From contig NW_025765431.1 of assembly GCF_003918875.1 (NCBI RefSeq), positions 62,001 to 126,000 of the forward strand: DNA of 64,000 nt, given 5' to 3'. Shown in pieces: positions 36,524 to 50,582 of this stretch. The notes below the pieces were generated by a model. That model was not told where the DNA came from. It saw only the letters and a list, made by a program, of their open reading frames with translations, and did no database searches. Each line of letters opens with the position of its first letter. Position 1 is the first letter of the stretch. Source of the stretch: Haliotis rubra. Its lineage: Eukaryota. Position numbers and translations under genes: made by a program.

Positions 36524-39488
36524 TATTACAAAGAGACCGACGTTTAGATGTCGGTTCCAGCACCGTTATCAAGCAAGCGATGATCATTTGCTTGATAACG
36601 GTGTTGGAACATACACCATAGATTGTTATCTGTCCGTTTTCAGTTGGGTTTGATAGTTGGGTTTGATAGGTGTTTAGGTTTTGCTATATGCTGTTGCTCT
36701 CTCTTCTGTTATCGGTGTTAACTGACGACAACAATTACAGTATGCGACAGTGCTGTTCTTGAACACGTGATTCCTGCATTCAGGGGACGGTCTGGACTAG
36801 ACAATTCAGTGATCAACCACATGAGCATCGATCTACGCAGTTGGGATGAGATGACATTTGTCAACCAAGCACGCGAGTCTGACCACCCGATCCCGCTTAC
36901 GACAAGCATAGGTTGCTGAAGACCAATTCTAACCCGGATCTTCACGGGCTCAAACAATACTGACTCTGTTCCTCCTAACCAATAGGTTTGTTCAATTTAT
37001 ACAATACAAATAAAGAATATTTTATCTTTCCACGTCAGTGTACCTGTGGTACAAGATATATGATTAACAAATTACGTTAAGCAGAGCAATAATAGGTCTT
37101 CAGTGGTCAAATGAAATCTCAGCTAATAGCATTGGCTGTTGTACCATTCTACTAAAACATGAATTGCTGTTAAATAACCACTGTAATGTGTGTTTTCGAA
37201 GAAGATTAGCACATTTTGCCTTATATGTGGTACTCGTTCGTTACAAACACACGCAAAGGCAAATAGTATTAATATTGGCTATTGATAAAGCGCCTGTTTC
37301 CACGCGCTTGTGCATGCTCAAAGCGCAAACGAATAATACCCCGAATAACTCTGTGAGGCACTAGAATATTAACAACCATATGGCTTATAGGTGAGGTGAA
37401 ATTGGTTTTAACGTCGTGCTTGAGAATATTTCGCTCATATGACGACGTGCATGCGTGTGTATGTGTATGTGCGGCTTATTGTACTAGCCCAGACTTAAGC
37501 TGATTTTATAATGCTAGCCCACTGAGATACCATGCCGCAGTGAAGCATGAATTCACCACTCAGACACATTATACTGACTCCGAGCCAATCAGTCCTTGTT
37601 TTACCCATTAATGCCGAGCGCCAGTCAGGGACCAACAAGTACCATATTTTAACGTCTTTTGGTATGACGCGGTCGGGGATCGAACCTGCGACCTTCCGCT
37701 CTCCAGGCGGACGCTCTAACCACTACTCCACGGAGGCGGTCCCAAATGGCTTTGTGACGAAGGTAACAGTGTAGTGTACCTCAGTGCAACCAACCATAAC
37801 CTTTGTTGTTTTAACGCGTCTAACTTTTGGGAGGACACCGACTTATCAAACCGGGTACCCATTCACTGCTGGATGAACAGAGGCAATTCATGAACATACC
37901 AACTTGCCTAAGGTGAGACCTCATGTGTCACGTGTGCTTCGTCGTTGGGCAGGACTGAAGTCCTGTACGCGATCAACGTTGCTTAACTTCAAGTGATTAG
38001 TGCCCTGGACTCTATGCACAGGACCACACAGCACGACACCACTGGTAAAAAACCAGAAAAGTCCGGGAGCTTATGGTACACATAAAAATAGGTCATTTCC
38101 AGTGGGAGTCTGGACTTGCTTCATTTTTTATTTTTGCACTGGAGAAAGGGTTGGTTGGAAGAGAAAATGTTGAGGTTCTAGGACCACGCGACAGACTTCG
38201 CATGTGTAAGGTCCGAACGATGCAGATCGAATGTTCTTCGTACAAAGAGGGAAATGCATTTAAAACCCTACAAGTCAAAACATTGATTACACAACAATCT
38301 CGCTTCCTGCTGATTGGGTTCAGTCCTGTTGCGCAACTTAGTACAATATCCAGTCCAGAATTTTGAGATCAACTCATTCAGTTTGATACATAAATATTAA
38401 TCAGTATTATTTGATACATCTAACCACTTGTATATTGCAACACTACGCTCCTTCTAGTCCTTGCAAACACGTCGTGCAGCGTGCTCTGTCGTACAGCGTG
38501 CTCTGACAAAAGGAAATCTGGAAATCGTGGAAATCTCAAAACGAGGCTCGGCCGCTAGAGAAGTTTGGCGGTCTGGTACGGACTTGATATTATATCAATC
38601 ACATTGTGCGTTATAAAACTACACTGAATAAGTTTTAAGAGTTTAAAATTAAATTTAACTTGTAAATACCATTTTCTTATGAAACAGGGAATTGGAATTC
38701 AGAGTAACCATAGTTGTTTGTGGTGTCTCTGTTTAGTTTTACCCCGCACTCAGCAATATTCCAGCAATATTGCGGTGGTCTGTAAATACTGGAGTCTGGA
38801 CCAGAAAACCCAGTGATCAGCAGCATAAGTATTGATCTACGCAATTGGGATACGATGACATGTGTAAAACAAGTCAGCGAGTCTGACCACCCGATCCCGT
38901 TAGTCACCTCTTACGACAAGCATGCATTACTGAAGGTCAATTCTATCCCGGATCTTGACGGGTTTGGGAAAAAGTGAATCTTTCTAACCATACCAATCCA
39001 TTACATTCAGTGTCTTACAATTAGTTATAGCGCTGGATATATTTGTCACTGTGCTGTTTGCAGGACACGTATATAGATCTGGGCAAGCAGAAGCTGTACC
39101 TACATTTGTGCTGATCACAGCTGGTGACTTCATAATTTCTATTGGAACAATGCATTTGACGACTACCGGCCTGGCGGTGTTGATCTGGACGAGGTCTGCC
39201 GATATATATATACGAATGCCATGTTCTATAATCCTATTTCTAATGCATCTAGCACGTCTGGAATGTCTATACCAACTTGATATAACCGTTGATATTGGCG
39301 AAATACATTGTGTTGTTTGTAATTACATATGGAATGACCTATAATCCATATCATGAGACTGACCATGCATATATCCATGAACCGTTCTCACAGGCTACAC
39401 AAATATGTCGGCCTAATGAAACAATCTGGGTCAAAATCGCTCTTCAGCAACCCACGTGGTCGTATGACGGAACTAACGGGATCGGGTG

Positions 39489-40170
39489 GAATGAATGAAT
39501 GAATGAATGAATGAATGAATGAATGTCTTTATTTCCTCCAGATAGGTCCGAAGATCCTCAAAACATCATGGTTATATAATTATATAATTAACAGAATACT
39601 CAACAAACATACACACACACACAAATATATATATACATAAACATACATAGAATATGGGAACATTTCCCCAAATATATACAGGTTATTAGCAGTCAGGTAT
39701 TGGCTAGATTATTACCACAGGTAATTGAGGATATCTTTTAGTTTATACAAATACTTTGAGAATTCTAAAATAGTGAAATGCCTTGTTATTTCATCAATAT
39801 CATTGTTATTGGCCCCAAGAAAGAATGCCAGCATGTCATGCTCTTCCATCATCTCTATATTGATATACATGTCAATATCAAGATTATCGATTAGAGTTGA
39901 GAAAAATACATCTCTCTCTGAAAGTAGAGATGCACAGTTTAGCACAACATGGTGATAGAAATCGTTAGCGAATGTATTACATTTTTTACATTCTTTTGAT
40001 AGTTTGCTTCCGGATCCAATCCTTATTACATATTGCAATTCTTCTCTCAGTTCTGGATATAACAATACCATGCTGTAAAACGCATGAGGTGAAAGTGCTG
40101 TATGGATTTTAGAATATCTAGACAAGTCATACCGCTTGCGAATATCGATGTTGATAGTGTCATGACAATG
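39489..40170 (-). mobile_element. 5'-truncated non-LTR retrotransposon (LINE) 3' end
   Basis: ORF 39712-40125 carries a C-terminal CxxC...H...C zinc knuckle (CKKC...HVVLNC), followed by AATAAA and a (CATT)n tail; it interrupts a type-2 retroposon head. Confidence 0.7.
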
Positions 40171-41952
40171 TTATGTGTAAGTCCTTTGTGTATATCATTG
40201 AATATGATGAAAACTTAAACCTGCATATGTGTGTGAAAGTTACAGTACAAGCAAACTGTTCACCAAAATATACTCCCCATCAAATGTTTAGACCCACTGA
40301 AAACACTCACTATATGTGTGCGTGCGTGCGTGTGTGTGTGTGTGGTTACATCGAAGATTGATTTCACCACTAACTTCGGGGAACCAACTGCAAACCTTAT
40401 GCAAATTAATTGCACGAGGATCATGCATCAAATTGTTGAAAAGCATGTCCAAATATTATGCATGTGAACAGTGCGTTTGGTGTAAAGTTTGGTTAAGAAT
40501 TCGCCAATTTTCACTGAGTTTTATCATTTGTTGAACTCAGGACAATAATCTTTGCAACTGTACGAATTTGTTTTGTTTTTGTTCATGTGTAAACAGTACC
40601 ATTAAACAGTATGGAATATTTTGCAAAATTTAGTTTAGAACAGTTGACTGCAGTAAGGGGCTATATTTACACTAGTGAGTCTAAACGTTTGATGGGAAGT
40701 ATATTATCTAGGAATATTTGGAATTCAGCGCGTTTACATCAATACCAGAATTGTTCCAAACGGCAAGAAATCGGTTTTTCAAGAATGAACAAAGTATGGT
40801 AGACACAGTTATCAGACATCTCATTTATCATTAACAGTTTATGAAGCTACACACTGCCATTCAAATTCAATTTAAACTTTCTACTATTCCCTTAACTAGA
40901 AATAAATGACAACAATTTGCTCCAATATCCCCTGTCATACTGAATTATTAATAGTCATTTTCAAAAGAGAACACCGCTTGTACTTTCTGAAAATGTGTTA
41001 ATGTGTACAACAGGAGCTGGGAATTTTGTAAACACGTTATGACAAATATATCACTTGTCAGGTTCTCAACATCCCAAAGTCTCCAAAGTCTCACGACATT
41101 TTCATGAAAACTGTGGAATGAAGTTAATTTCTCATTTACCCCGTCACTTCCAAGCATCAATAAGAGGAATTCACTTTTGACGTAGATTTACAATCCATAT
41201 AGCAAATTTTGGGGCAATTTAATCACTTTCCATTAAATTAAGCGTTAGTCATGGAATGTCGTACGTTGTGTTACAGTCTTCAATTAATTCCGTAATTAAT
41301 AAATATAATTATAATAAAGCCCAACCCAAACAACTTTGAACAGACACAATATGTTTTTGATCATCTGAATATCGTATCGGTGTACCTTGAAACTCTTAAT
41401 TTAAAATCTTTCAGTCCGTACAAATTGTAAACACGTTTATCATTCAAATATTTTAAGGTATCAAAATGCTTTTTAGATATTGGAAGAGGATTAAACGCTG
41501 TTATAGAATAGTTACCAAGCAGATATCATCCAGTGAGATTAAGTGCCCAGTTCTAATATAAAGACAAAGATGATATTGCATTATTAATAATTAGCTGTGA
41601 TAATGATAAAGATCATGTCAGGATATATTTTAAACTCACAATTGTGAATTATGTGCAAAAGTGGATCTCCAGGCAATGTGTTACAAATTACCTCATTGCG
41701 TCACTGATGATGCACGCTCGCGAATCATTTCTGGTAATATATTTCAGTTATATTACCGAACAATTGTTATATATGGTAATCCACGATGATGTGGTTCTCA
41801 TGTGATTGTGGGCGGCAGAACAGTCATATAGATTTTGTAATCTTCATACGCCTTTATACAAGATGGTTTTCGCCGTACATCTGTTACATGCTGAGGTATA
41901 CGTACGCTCAAAGAAGACAAGTTATATGATTCGGACACACTTGTTGTAAGGA

Positions 41953-42205
41953 ATGGCAACGTTCAGTTCTGTTGCAAAACTATCTTCGGCTGTGATAGTT
42001 TGCTTGACTTTGACGACTATTTTTGTTGGGTACTTTCACAAACAACAATACCGCTTTGAGTCAATAGTGAACACTGTCAGTTCACAAGATGTTCATTCAA
42101 GGGAGGTGCTGAATTTATTGAAGGACTCCCGCGAAGAATTCCAGGACTCACTGGGACAATACATGTCTGGAAATATAAAATTTGAGGATTTGCATCTTCA
42201 TAAAG
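41953..42205 (+). CDS. C1GALT1: Core 1 beta-1,3-galactosyltransferase (T-synthase)-like, copy A, coding exon 1 (type II TM anchor and stem)
   Basis: Short tail, TM segment AVIVCLTLTTIFVGYF, donor AAAG|gttagt, in frame with exon 2. Confidence 0.85.
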
Positions 42206-43297
42206 GTTAGTTTTAGTTGGCATTAAAGTCTTTCAATCAGTGAGTAGGTCTGTTTCACACCACTGTGAAATTTACGGAGAGCATGATTTAAATCTTATAT
42301 CCGCGTGAAAGAAAAATGCGCAGCTATATATTATTCATATGGAATAAGGAAGTTGCATATTAGATTAAGATATATGACGAGTACATTTAATTATGATTTA
42401 TTTAGAATAAATGTAAAACAATGACGCATCATGTCAATGTGACCATGCATGTAAGATTGTTTTTCATTACTTCCTTGAATGTCCGTTGTATGCTATACAA
42501 AGACATAAACTGTAAAAATCTTTATAAAATATTGCTAACAATAGAACACTTATTGGTATAAATCTTATCATACATGGCAATGCAGGTCTCTCAATGATTG
42601 GAAACCAGAATGTTTTCAGATATGTACATATCTATATTTCTCAAACAAAACTTTTTCTCATCATCTGTTGTACATATCCTAGCCTATGTCTGCCACTTAT
42701 GTACATTGTTGTAAGATGAATTGTGTAATTATTAGGAGAGGGCTTTTCTAAGTTGAATAACTTGTGCCCAATACTTTTCTTGAATGGATAAAATATGTTT
42801 CAATTCAATAATTGCGCGCTATGTATATGCTATGAATGAAACCCTGAAACAACGCAGGCCAAGTATATTTACCACTTTATTAATTCCATGAAGTCACAAA
42901 ACAGCTGACACACCAAGAAGTTGATTGCTAAAGACCAACTAATCCTAACACGGTAGGAACACGTGCAGGACGCCATTTGTTTCTGGATCTGGTAACACCT
43001 GGTACATCTATCATGTGGTGACCCTTTTCGTCTTAGATATATGACGAGACCTTATGTTTTACTTCAACGTTCACTCTCTATGCAAAATACATGTTTCCCC
43101 AAATTTCACTATGTGAGAAACCAATTTCTAGTCTCACCATAGTAGTCTTGCCATAATATCGCTACGTGTGGCGTAAAACGTTTTCACTCCACTCCATTCA
43201 CACGTTTCAAGCTTCTCTCTAATTCCTTCCTCGTCTTTGCATAGTTGCAATAATTCAAACCCTGTCGATGTAACTGATTCCTGCTTTATTTAAACAG

Positions 43298-43956
43298 ACA
43301 CTGATGCCATATCCAAGGCTCTATATCAGAAGGAGCGGGTACTCTGCTGGATTATGACGACACCAAAGAACCTGGATGTTAAAACACGTGTAGTTCGTGA
43401 CACGTGGAGTAGGCGCTGCAACAAAGTCCTCTTCATGAGCTCTGTGACAGATCCAAAGTTCCCTACAATCGGATTAAACGTGTCGGAAGGCCGAAGGCAT
43501 CTGACGGCCAAAACGATGCATGCTTTCCGCTACATCTACGAAAACCACTTTGATGATGCTGACTGGTTCATGAAGGCTGACGATGATACATATGTTATTT
43601 TAGAAAATCTCCGATACTTTCTGACGTCCCAAAACAAATCCGAACCTGTATTTTTTGGCCATCATTTTAAGACAATTGTCAAACAAGGGTACAATAGCGG
43701 CGGAGGGGGATATGTGCTGAGTAAGCAGGCACTGAGGCGATATGGGGAGAAGGGACACGATCCCAAACTGTGCCATCCTGATGGTGGTTCAGAAGATGCA
43801 GAGTTTGGCAGATGTATGGAGAACCTGGGGGTGAGGACGGTCAACACAACAGACGCCCTCGGGAGGAGCAGATTCCACTGTTTTACTCCTGAGATACACT
43901 TGGAGGGAGGCTACCCGAAATGGTATTACCAATACGATGCAAATGGTGCCAAGAAG
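43298..43956 (+). CDS. C1GALT1: C1GALT1-like copy A, exon 2 (GT31 catalytic domain)
   Basis: RVLCWIMT, TW..RCNK, DWFMKADDDTYV (DxD), SGGGGYVLS and EDxxxGxC motifs; AG/GT boundaries. Confidence 0.95.
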
Positions 43957-44826
43957 GTACGACAAACACAAAATATTCTTTTTCTCCTGTTGAAACCTGT
44001 ATCTATCTGATTAAAATCTGACAAAGCCTGTGTAGCAGTTAGTCAGGTGTATCATTCTATCAGCACTGGTTTCAGTTTTTGCAAGAATGAGAATAGATTT
44101 TCTTGAATTCTTGGAAACGAGAAACTGGTCGAGAGTATGATGTATACAGCCAATGGTCAGATGTTCATACAAAACATTATATATTATTATTATATATATG
44201 TTCATATTCACGGTAGATTATGACCATGATAACGTATATTCACATCTTAGCAAGTTGTGACAAGGTCGGTCTACAATGGTACACCCAGCCTTTTTAAAAC
44301 GCTGCCCTGACAAAGAAAGCTGTTTAAACCGGAAATTCCAAGCAAACCACCCCTGCACAGCTCAGCTTTCTCAACAGGGAAGGTAACGATGGTGTCACGC
44401 TCTGTGTACATCGAGGGGAATCATGTATTCGAACAGACACAGTAACACTTCGATCAGCTAAATATTTATCCTCATATTCCAGTCTCCTTAATCTTCAGGA
44501 AAGAACTACTGAATACAGCCATATAACAGTATGACGCCTGTATCCATCTATCGAGCATATCTACAATTCCTATAACTACTGGCTGGGTGTTTGGATCCCT
44601 ACGTCCATTAGATGGTACTCTGGAATCAGTATCGACCGGTCAAGTATCATGGCGGGGGACACCAGATATGGGCTTCACACATTGTACATTGGGGAATAGA
44701 ACACGGGTCTTCGGCGTGACAAGCGAACGCTTTAACCACTAGGCTACCCCACCGCCCCTTATCAACACAAAAGTATCCACTCAATATTCACATTGTTATC
44801 CACCCTTTTGTTAGGGAGTATCTCTC

Positions 44827-44860
<34 letters not shown>

Positions 44861-45621
44861 CCTCTCTATCTCTGTTGTGTTTTAATGATAATTCATCGTG
44901 ATAAAAACTGGTCACAGGATTGATAAACATATTTTGTAACAGCTGGTCAAGTTCAGTGACATAAGATTGACACCACTGATATGAGCACTTCGTTCGCTCT
45001 TGTATATCCACCAGTCCATTGTGATGATATATCAACCCAATTTATGAAAATCAGATATGATATTAATGTTATAACGAGTATGAACCATCAAATACTCAGA
45101 AGTAGAACGACCGGTGAAGATCCAGGTTTGAATATTGATCTTCAGTAACCCATGCTTGTCGTAAGAGTCGACTAACGGGATTTGGTGGTCAGGCTCGCTG
45201 ACTTGGTTGACACATGTCATCGTATTCCAATTGCGCAGATCGATGCTCATGTTGTTGATCACTGGATTGTCTGGTCCAGACTCGATTATTTACAGACCGC
45301 CGCTATACTGACTGACTGAGTTTGGTTTTACGCCGCTTTTAGCAATATTCCAGCAACATCACGGCGGGGAACACCAGAAATGGGCTTCACACATTGTATC
45401 CATGTGGGGATTCGAACCCGGGTCTTCGGCGTGACGAGCCAACGCTTTAACCATTAGGCTACCCTACCGCCCCTACCGCCGCTATATACCTGGACTATTG
45501 CTGAGTGCGGCGTAAAACTAAACTCACTCACTCAGTTCGTAACTCCTATTTACAATATGAAATCGACATCGGCGTATTCGTTAGCATAACGTAAAAGTCT
45601 CACGGAAAACATCTATTTCAG

Positions 45622-45801
45622 GGCGCAGACAGTGTTTCCGACTACGCCATCTCCTTCCACTACGTACCCCCACAGAAGATGTACTTTCTGGAGTTTTACA
45701 TCTACCACTTACGACCGTATGGCATAGTGTCCGGCACTCAGGAGCTCAACAGACATGTGAAGGTGAAACCAGGAACTTTGATACAACCACATGCGAAGTG
45801 A
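45622..45801 (+). CDS. C1GALT1: C1GALT1-like copy A, exon 3 (stop)
   Basis: tttcag|GGC; SDYAISFHYVPPQKMYFLEFYIYHLRPYG...AK*. Spliced CDS 1092 nt (363 aa). Confidence 0.92.
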   Translation, partial: GADSVSDYAISFHYVPPQKMYFLEFYIYHLRPYGIVSGTQELNRHVKVKPGTLIQPHAK

Positions 45802-46032
45802 CACTGAGAACGTCATTCGACTGATGACGTGTTCGACATCTAAGTTACATCACCTGCTTGGTGGTAGTCGTTTCACAGAGCGGCATTATAACCCTCTGTT
45901 CGACAACGTAATATCTCTTAGAATTATTGCTTTTAAACTGTTTCATTTTTGTACATTGTTGGGTTTATCTCGTTTGCATAATCGTGCTGTAATCATGTAT
46001 ATATTAACCGTCAGTTGTGCCGCAGCAACATA

Positions 46033-46264
46033 TACTCTTACAAAAAGTAGGGGAACCTGAACTTTGAATTTGGTTAGGAAGTATAAGCGTTAACCAACCT
46101 TTAAAAGACTGTACAAACAACTATGGTCATAAGGAAGTGCAAGTGGGGATGTACTCTCAAAACATTCATTATTATCATATCAACATTGAATTGACTACGA
46201 TATATCTCCCATTTTTGTCAACCGTAAATTAGAAATGAAGTTCCCCTACTTTTTTTGAAGAGTA
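46033..46264. mobile_element. Tc1/mariner-like MITE just 3' of C1GALT1 copy A (paralog at 57348-57579)
   Basis: ~24-bp inverted termini TACTCTTACAAAAAGTAGGGGAAC / GTTCCCCTACTTTTTTTGAAGAGTA with TA ends. Confidence 0.7.
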
Positions 46265-48483
46265 AATATTATGGCATTTACAACCTTATTTGGTTCTCCT
46301 CGTGGCCGTGTCTGTTATCACATTAATAATGACTAAAGGTATTTCCAAATAGGCTTGAGATCTCGCATGGAAACGATTCATTCATTGAACTAATTCCCAG
46401 TTTGTTTGTTGTTTAATGTCGTACTAGACAATATTCCAGCTATAAGGTGGCGGTGTGTAAATAATCAAGTCTGAACCAAACAATCGAGTGATCACCAGCA
46501 TGAGCATCGGTCTGTGCAATTGGCATACGATGACATGTGTCAGCCAAGTCAGCGAGCCTGACTATCCGACCCGACAAGCATGGGTTGCTGAAGGATATTG
46601 CTGTGTGCTGCGTTAAACAACAAACAAAACACTGTTTGCCAGCTCTAACAACAAGCACAAGTTTCTGAAGACCAGTTGTGGAGTGGAAATATAAAGGAGA
46701 TTATGTTTTGTATATTTATATAAATAAAAGCATCCCCAGGAACATGTAAATGCAGGTATTACAGATATATCCGACAAACGTAGAAAGTCTTTGTACGTTT
46801 ACGTTTACTTTTTACTTCGTCGTAAGAGTGAGTAGGTGAGTTTAGTTTTACGCCGCAGTCAACAATATTCCAGCTATATGGTGGCGGTCTGTCTGGACCA
46901 GACAATCCAGTGACCAACAGCATGAGCATCGATCTACGCAATTGGGAACCGATGACATGTGTCAACAAAGTCAGCGAGCTTGACCACCCGATCCCGTTAG
47001 TCGCCTCTTACGACAAGCTTTGGTTACTGAAGATCAATATTCTAACCGGATCTAACCGGATCTTCACGGGTACTTCGTCGTAAGATGTTGCCCTGGACAT
47101 CTTCGGTTTTAACAAAGAACTGAATACCTTATTCGTATTTCATCGTGTCGGATGTCATTTGGTTACAAGTTCATTTCGAAACAAAATGCTTTTATCACTT
47201 TTTTGAATCATATGATCGGGATGTCCATAAACCGACTTGTAGTTCCATGTTTAACGGAGATGTATGTCAGATGATGAGTGTATGGATGTGAGAATGTATA
47301 TAGTATTATACGGAGGTCGGCAAAGAGGGGGCAAGCGTGACTGGCTTTTGTGACGAAGGGAAATGGTCACAGGAAATGGAACGACATATGGCCGTCTTGA
47401 CAAAATGTATTTATCTGTTAAAAGGAAGTAGATTTACCGGTCAGTAGACTTTCATCCCTGTCCCTTACTGTGGCACAAATGTAATCATTTCAACGCGACA
47501 TTGTGATTACTGTGTTTGAAACTCAGTGTTATTCATGATTACCATTTCGCGATTACCATATATGGAATTAAATCTATTAATAGTGGAAAAAAGAGTTAAT
47601 TTTTAAGCAAAGTTTGCGTTCTATGAAAAACGCTACTGTATTGGATTTCGAAACACTATTGTGGCGGAGGGTAAGCCAAGTGGTTAAAGATCCGGGTTTA
47701 ATTCCGCTTATGGGTACAATGTGTCAATCCCATTTCTGGTGTCCCCCGCCGTAATATTGTTGGAATATTGCTAAAAGCGACGGAAAACCATATTCACTCA
47801 CACGAAGGACTATCGGCCCACTACTGTGTACGGATCCGCTGATTGTTAGGTTTATTCCTCAGTTCGATGCCCACTATAATCCTTGCTCTGTAGGCACTGT
47901 GCTCATGTATATATGACTTCATCAAATATCGTAGGAAGGAATAATATATTACCCTCCATGTTGTAACCTCAGAGGTGGTCTTCTCCAATACGTTCCGTGT
48001 TTGAGTCAATAAGCGATTTTCTCTGTTACTTTTTATCGTTTTAAGTCAAATGTATTAGTTTTGTAAAACTCATGCCTGAATGTCAGTTTTTGAAACAACA
48101 TGTACTCAGCTGTATTGTACTGTACATAGCTTTTTGTGAAAATTCAAAATACCATTTCTGTCTGAATCTCTGCCTGTCTGTCACGCCTTTGTATTGACGG
48201 TCACGCCTCTGTGATAATTAAATTTAGATTGTTGGGTTTGTACGTATCAATCAGCAATCAAGGTGATCAATATAGAACGGAAATATGGAAGTGATGCCCA
48301 CTTGCTTGATAACGGTGTTAATATCTACATCAAAACGTCGCATGCATTGCAATAAAGAAGTTGATTATCCACAGAACTTAGTTTTTCTTCATCTTTACAA
48401 CAGATCTTCTAAAATGCATCTCATAGAATAACAACACTATAAAGTATCTAAAATCACGAATCACCATACATAACTGTACCTCG

Positions 48484-49305
48484 GAAACCTATGCTAGTCG
48501 TTAGAGGCGCACTGATGGATCAGTGAGATTATAGGGATAGAGCTGGTTCCCAACAACCTGTGTTGGTCGTAAGTCGCGAAAACATGGATCCGAGAGGTTT
48601 CTTGGAAAGGGCTGGTTCCCAACAACCCGTGTTGGTCGTTAGCCACGACTGGGTGGATCCTTGAGATTTCAGAGATAAGAATTGATGGTCGTTAGCCACG
48701 ACTGGGTGGGTTTCAGGAATAGGACTGGTCCCCAACAACCTGTATTGGTCGTTAGCCACGATTGGATGGATCCTTGAGATTTCAGAGATAAGACTTGTTG
48801 GTCGTTAGCCACGACTGGATGGATGTCAGGTTTCAGGAATAGGACTGGTCCCCAACAACCTGTATTGGTCGTTAGCCACGATTGGATGGATCCGTGAGAT
48901 TTCAGAGATAAGACTTGTTGGTCGTTAGCCACGACTGGATGGATGTCAGGTTTCAGGAATAGGACTGGTCCCCAACAACCTGTATTGGTCGTTAGCCACG
49001 ATTGGATGGATCCGTGAGATTTCAGAGATAAGACTTGTTGGTCGTTAGCCACGACTGGATGGATATGTCAGGTTTCAGGAATAGGACTGGTCCCCAACAA
49101 CCTGTGTTGGTCGTTAGCCACCATTGGATAGATCCGTGAGATTTCAGAGATAAGACTTGTTGGTCGTTAGCCACCATTGGATGGATCCGTGAGATTTCAG
49201 AGATAAGACTTGTTGGTCGTTAGCCACGACTGGATGGATATGTCAGGTTTCAGGAACAGGACTGGTCCCCATCAACTTATGTTGGTCGATAGCAGATGGA
49301 TCCGT
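48484..49305 (+). repeat. Compound tandem repeat (~120-bp period) derived from the type-2 retroposon head; shorter paralog at 60158-60572
   Basis: Recurring GGATCCGTGAGAT...CCCAACAACCTGTRTTGGTCGTTAGCCACGA units. Confidence 0.85.
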
Positions 49306-50231
49306 GGGAACTTTGTACCCATGTGGGGATTCGAACCCGTGTCTTCGGCGAGGCGAGCAGACGCTTTACCACAGGGCTACCCCACCGCCCCTGGTGGAAA
49401 GGGGCGACGTGGCTGATGTGTGGGCTTCCAATTGGTCAGTATCGGCAACGTTGCTATTGTGTGTCAAAATAGTGTATCATGATTACGTATAATATCAATA
49501 CCTTGGTTGTGTGGAACCGGCTCGATTATTTACAGGCCTGCCGCCGTGTACCTGTGTAACGAGGTGAGGTGAGGTGAAATTGGGTTTTACGTCGTGCTTG
49601 AGAATATTTCGCTCATATGACGACGTGCATGCGTGTGTATGTGCATGTGCGGCTGCTTGTACTAGCCCAGACTTAAGCTGGTTTTATAGTGCTAGCCCAC
49701 TGAGATACCATGCCGCAGTGAAGCATGAATACCCCACTCAGACACATTATACTGACTCCGAGCCGACCAGTTCTTGTTGTACCCATTAATGCCGAGCGCC
49801 AGACAGGGACCAACAAGTACCATATTTTAACGTCTTTTGGTATGACGCGGTCGGGGATCGAACCCGCGACCTTCTGCTCTCCGGGCGGACGCTCTAATCA
49901 CTACACTACGGAGGCGGTCCACGTGTGCAATGAAGCGATCTTTAAACTTTCTTTAAGTATGAACAGAGAGTGATCCTCATCCATTCTGTGAGTCCATACT
50001 GTGAGGACAATTGTATTTCAAGTAAAGTAAACCATCTTAGAATTAAACACAGTACATTTGTTGGCAGTCTTCTAAATCGTCTGGAACTCAATTTGCGAAG
50101 CATGGATGCATGATAAGTATTTTATGTGCGCTTCGTTGATTATGTCGACTAGATAAAGGGACGTAACACCAAGCACCAGTCGAACCCTCTTCAATTTTGT
50201 GTTCTTACTATTGCTGTCTCTTTATCCTCAT

Positions 50232-50582
50232 ACTACTACTAGTGTTGCAACAGCTACAACAACATCAACTACTACTACTACCACACCAACAGCAACTACT
50301 ACTACTACTACTATTACTACAACAGCTACTACTGCTAAACCGTGGAGATCCGTGATCGGGTGGTCAGGCTCGGAGACTTGGCTGACGTACGTGGCGTCGT
50401 ATCCCAATTGCGCTGATTGATGCTCATTATGTTAAGCACTGGATTGTCTGGCCGAGACTCGATCATTCGCCGTCACATAGCTAGAAAAATGCCTGCTGTC
50501 TCCTTAAACAACACACAAACAAACATAACTACTAGTACTACTGCTACTACTACTACTACTACTGCTACTACTACTACTACTT
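50232..50582 (+). repeat. (ACT)n/(ACA)n microsatellites flanking a decayed type-2 element (paralog 61490-61808)
   Basis: Trinucleotide runs visible directly. Confidence 0.85.

Noticed and set aside
38073-38366. 97-aa ORF conserved in both duplicate units (also 51709-52002)
   Set aside because: Conservation is explained by the recent duplication; no recognisable domain.
50199-50420. Mucin-like poly-Thr ORF (also 61457-61678)
   Set aside because: (ACT)n microsatellite running into a decayed SINE; non-ATG start and no supported splice structure.
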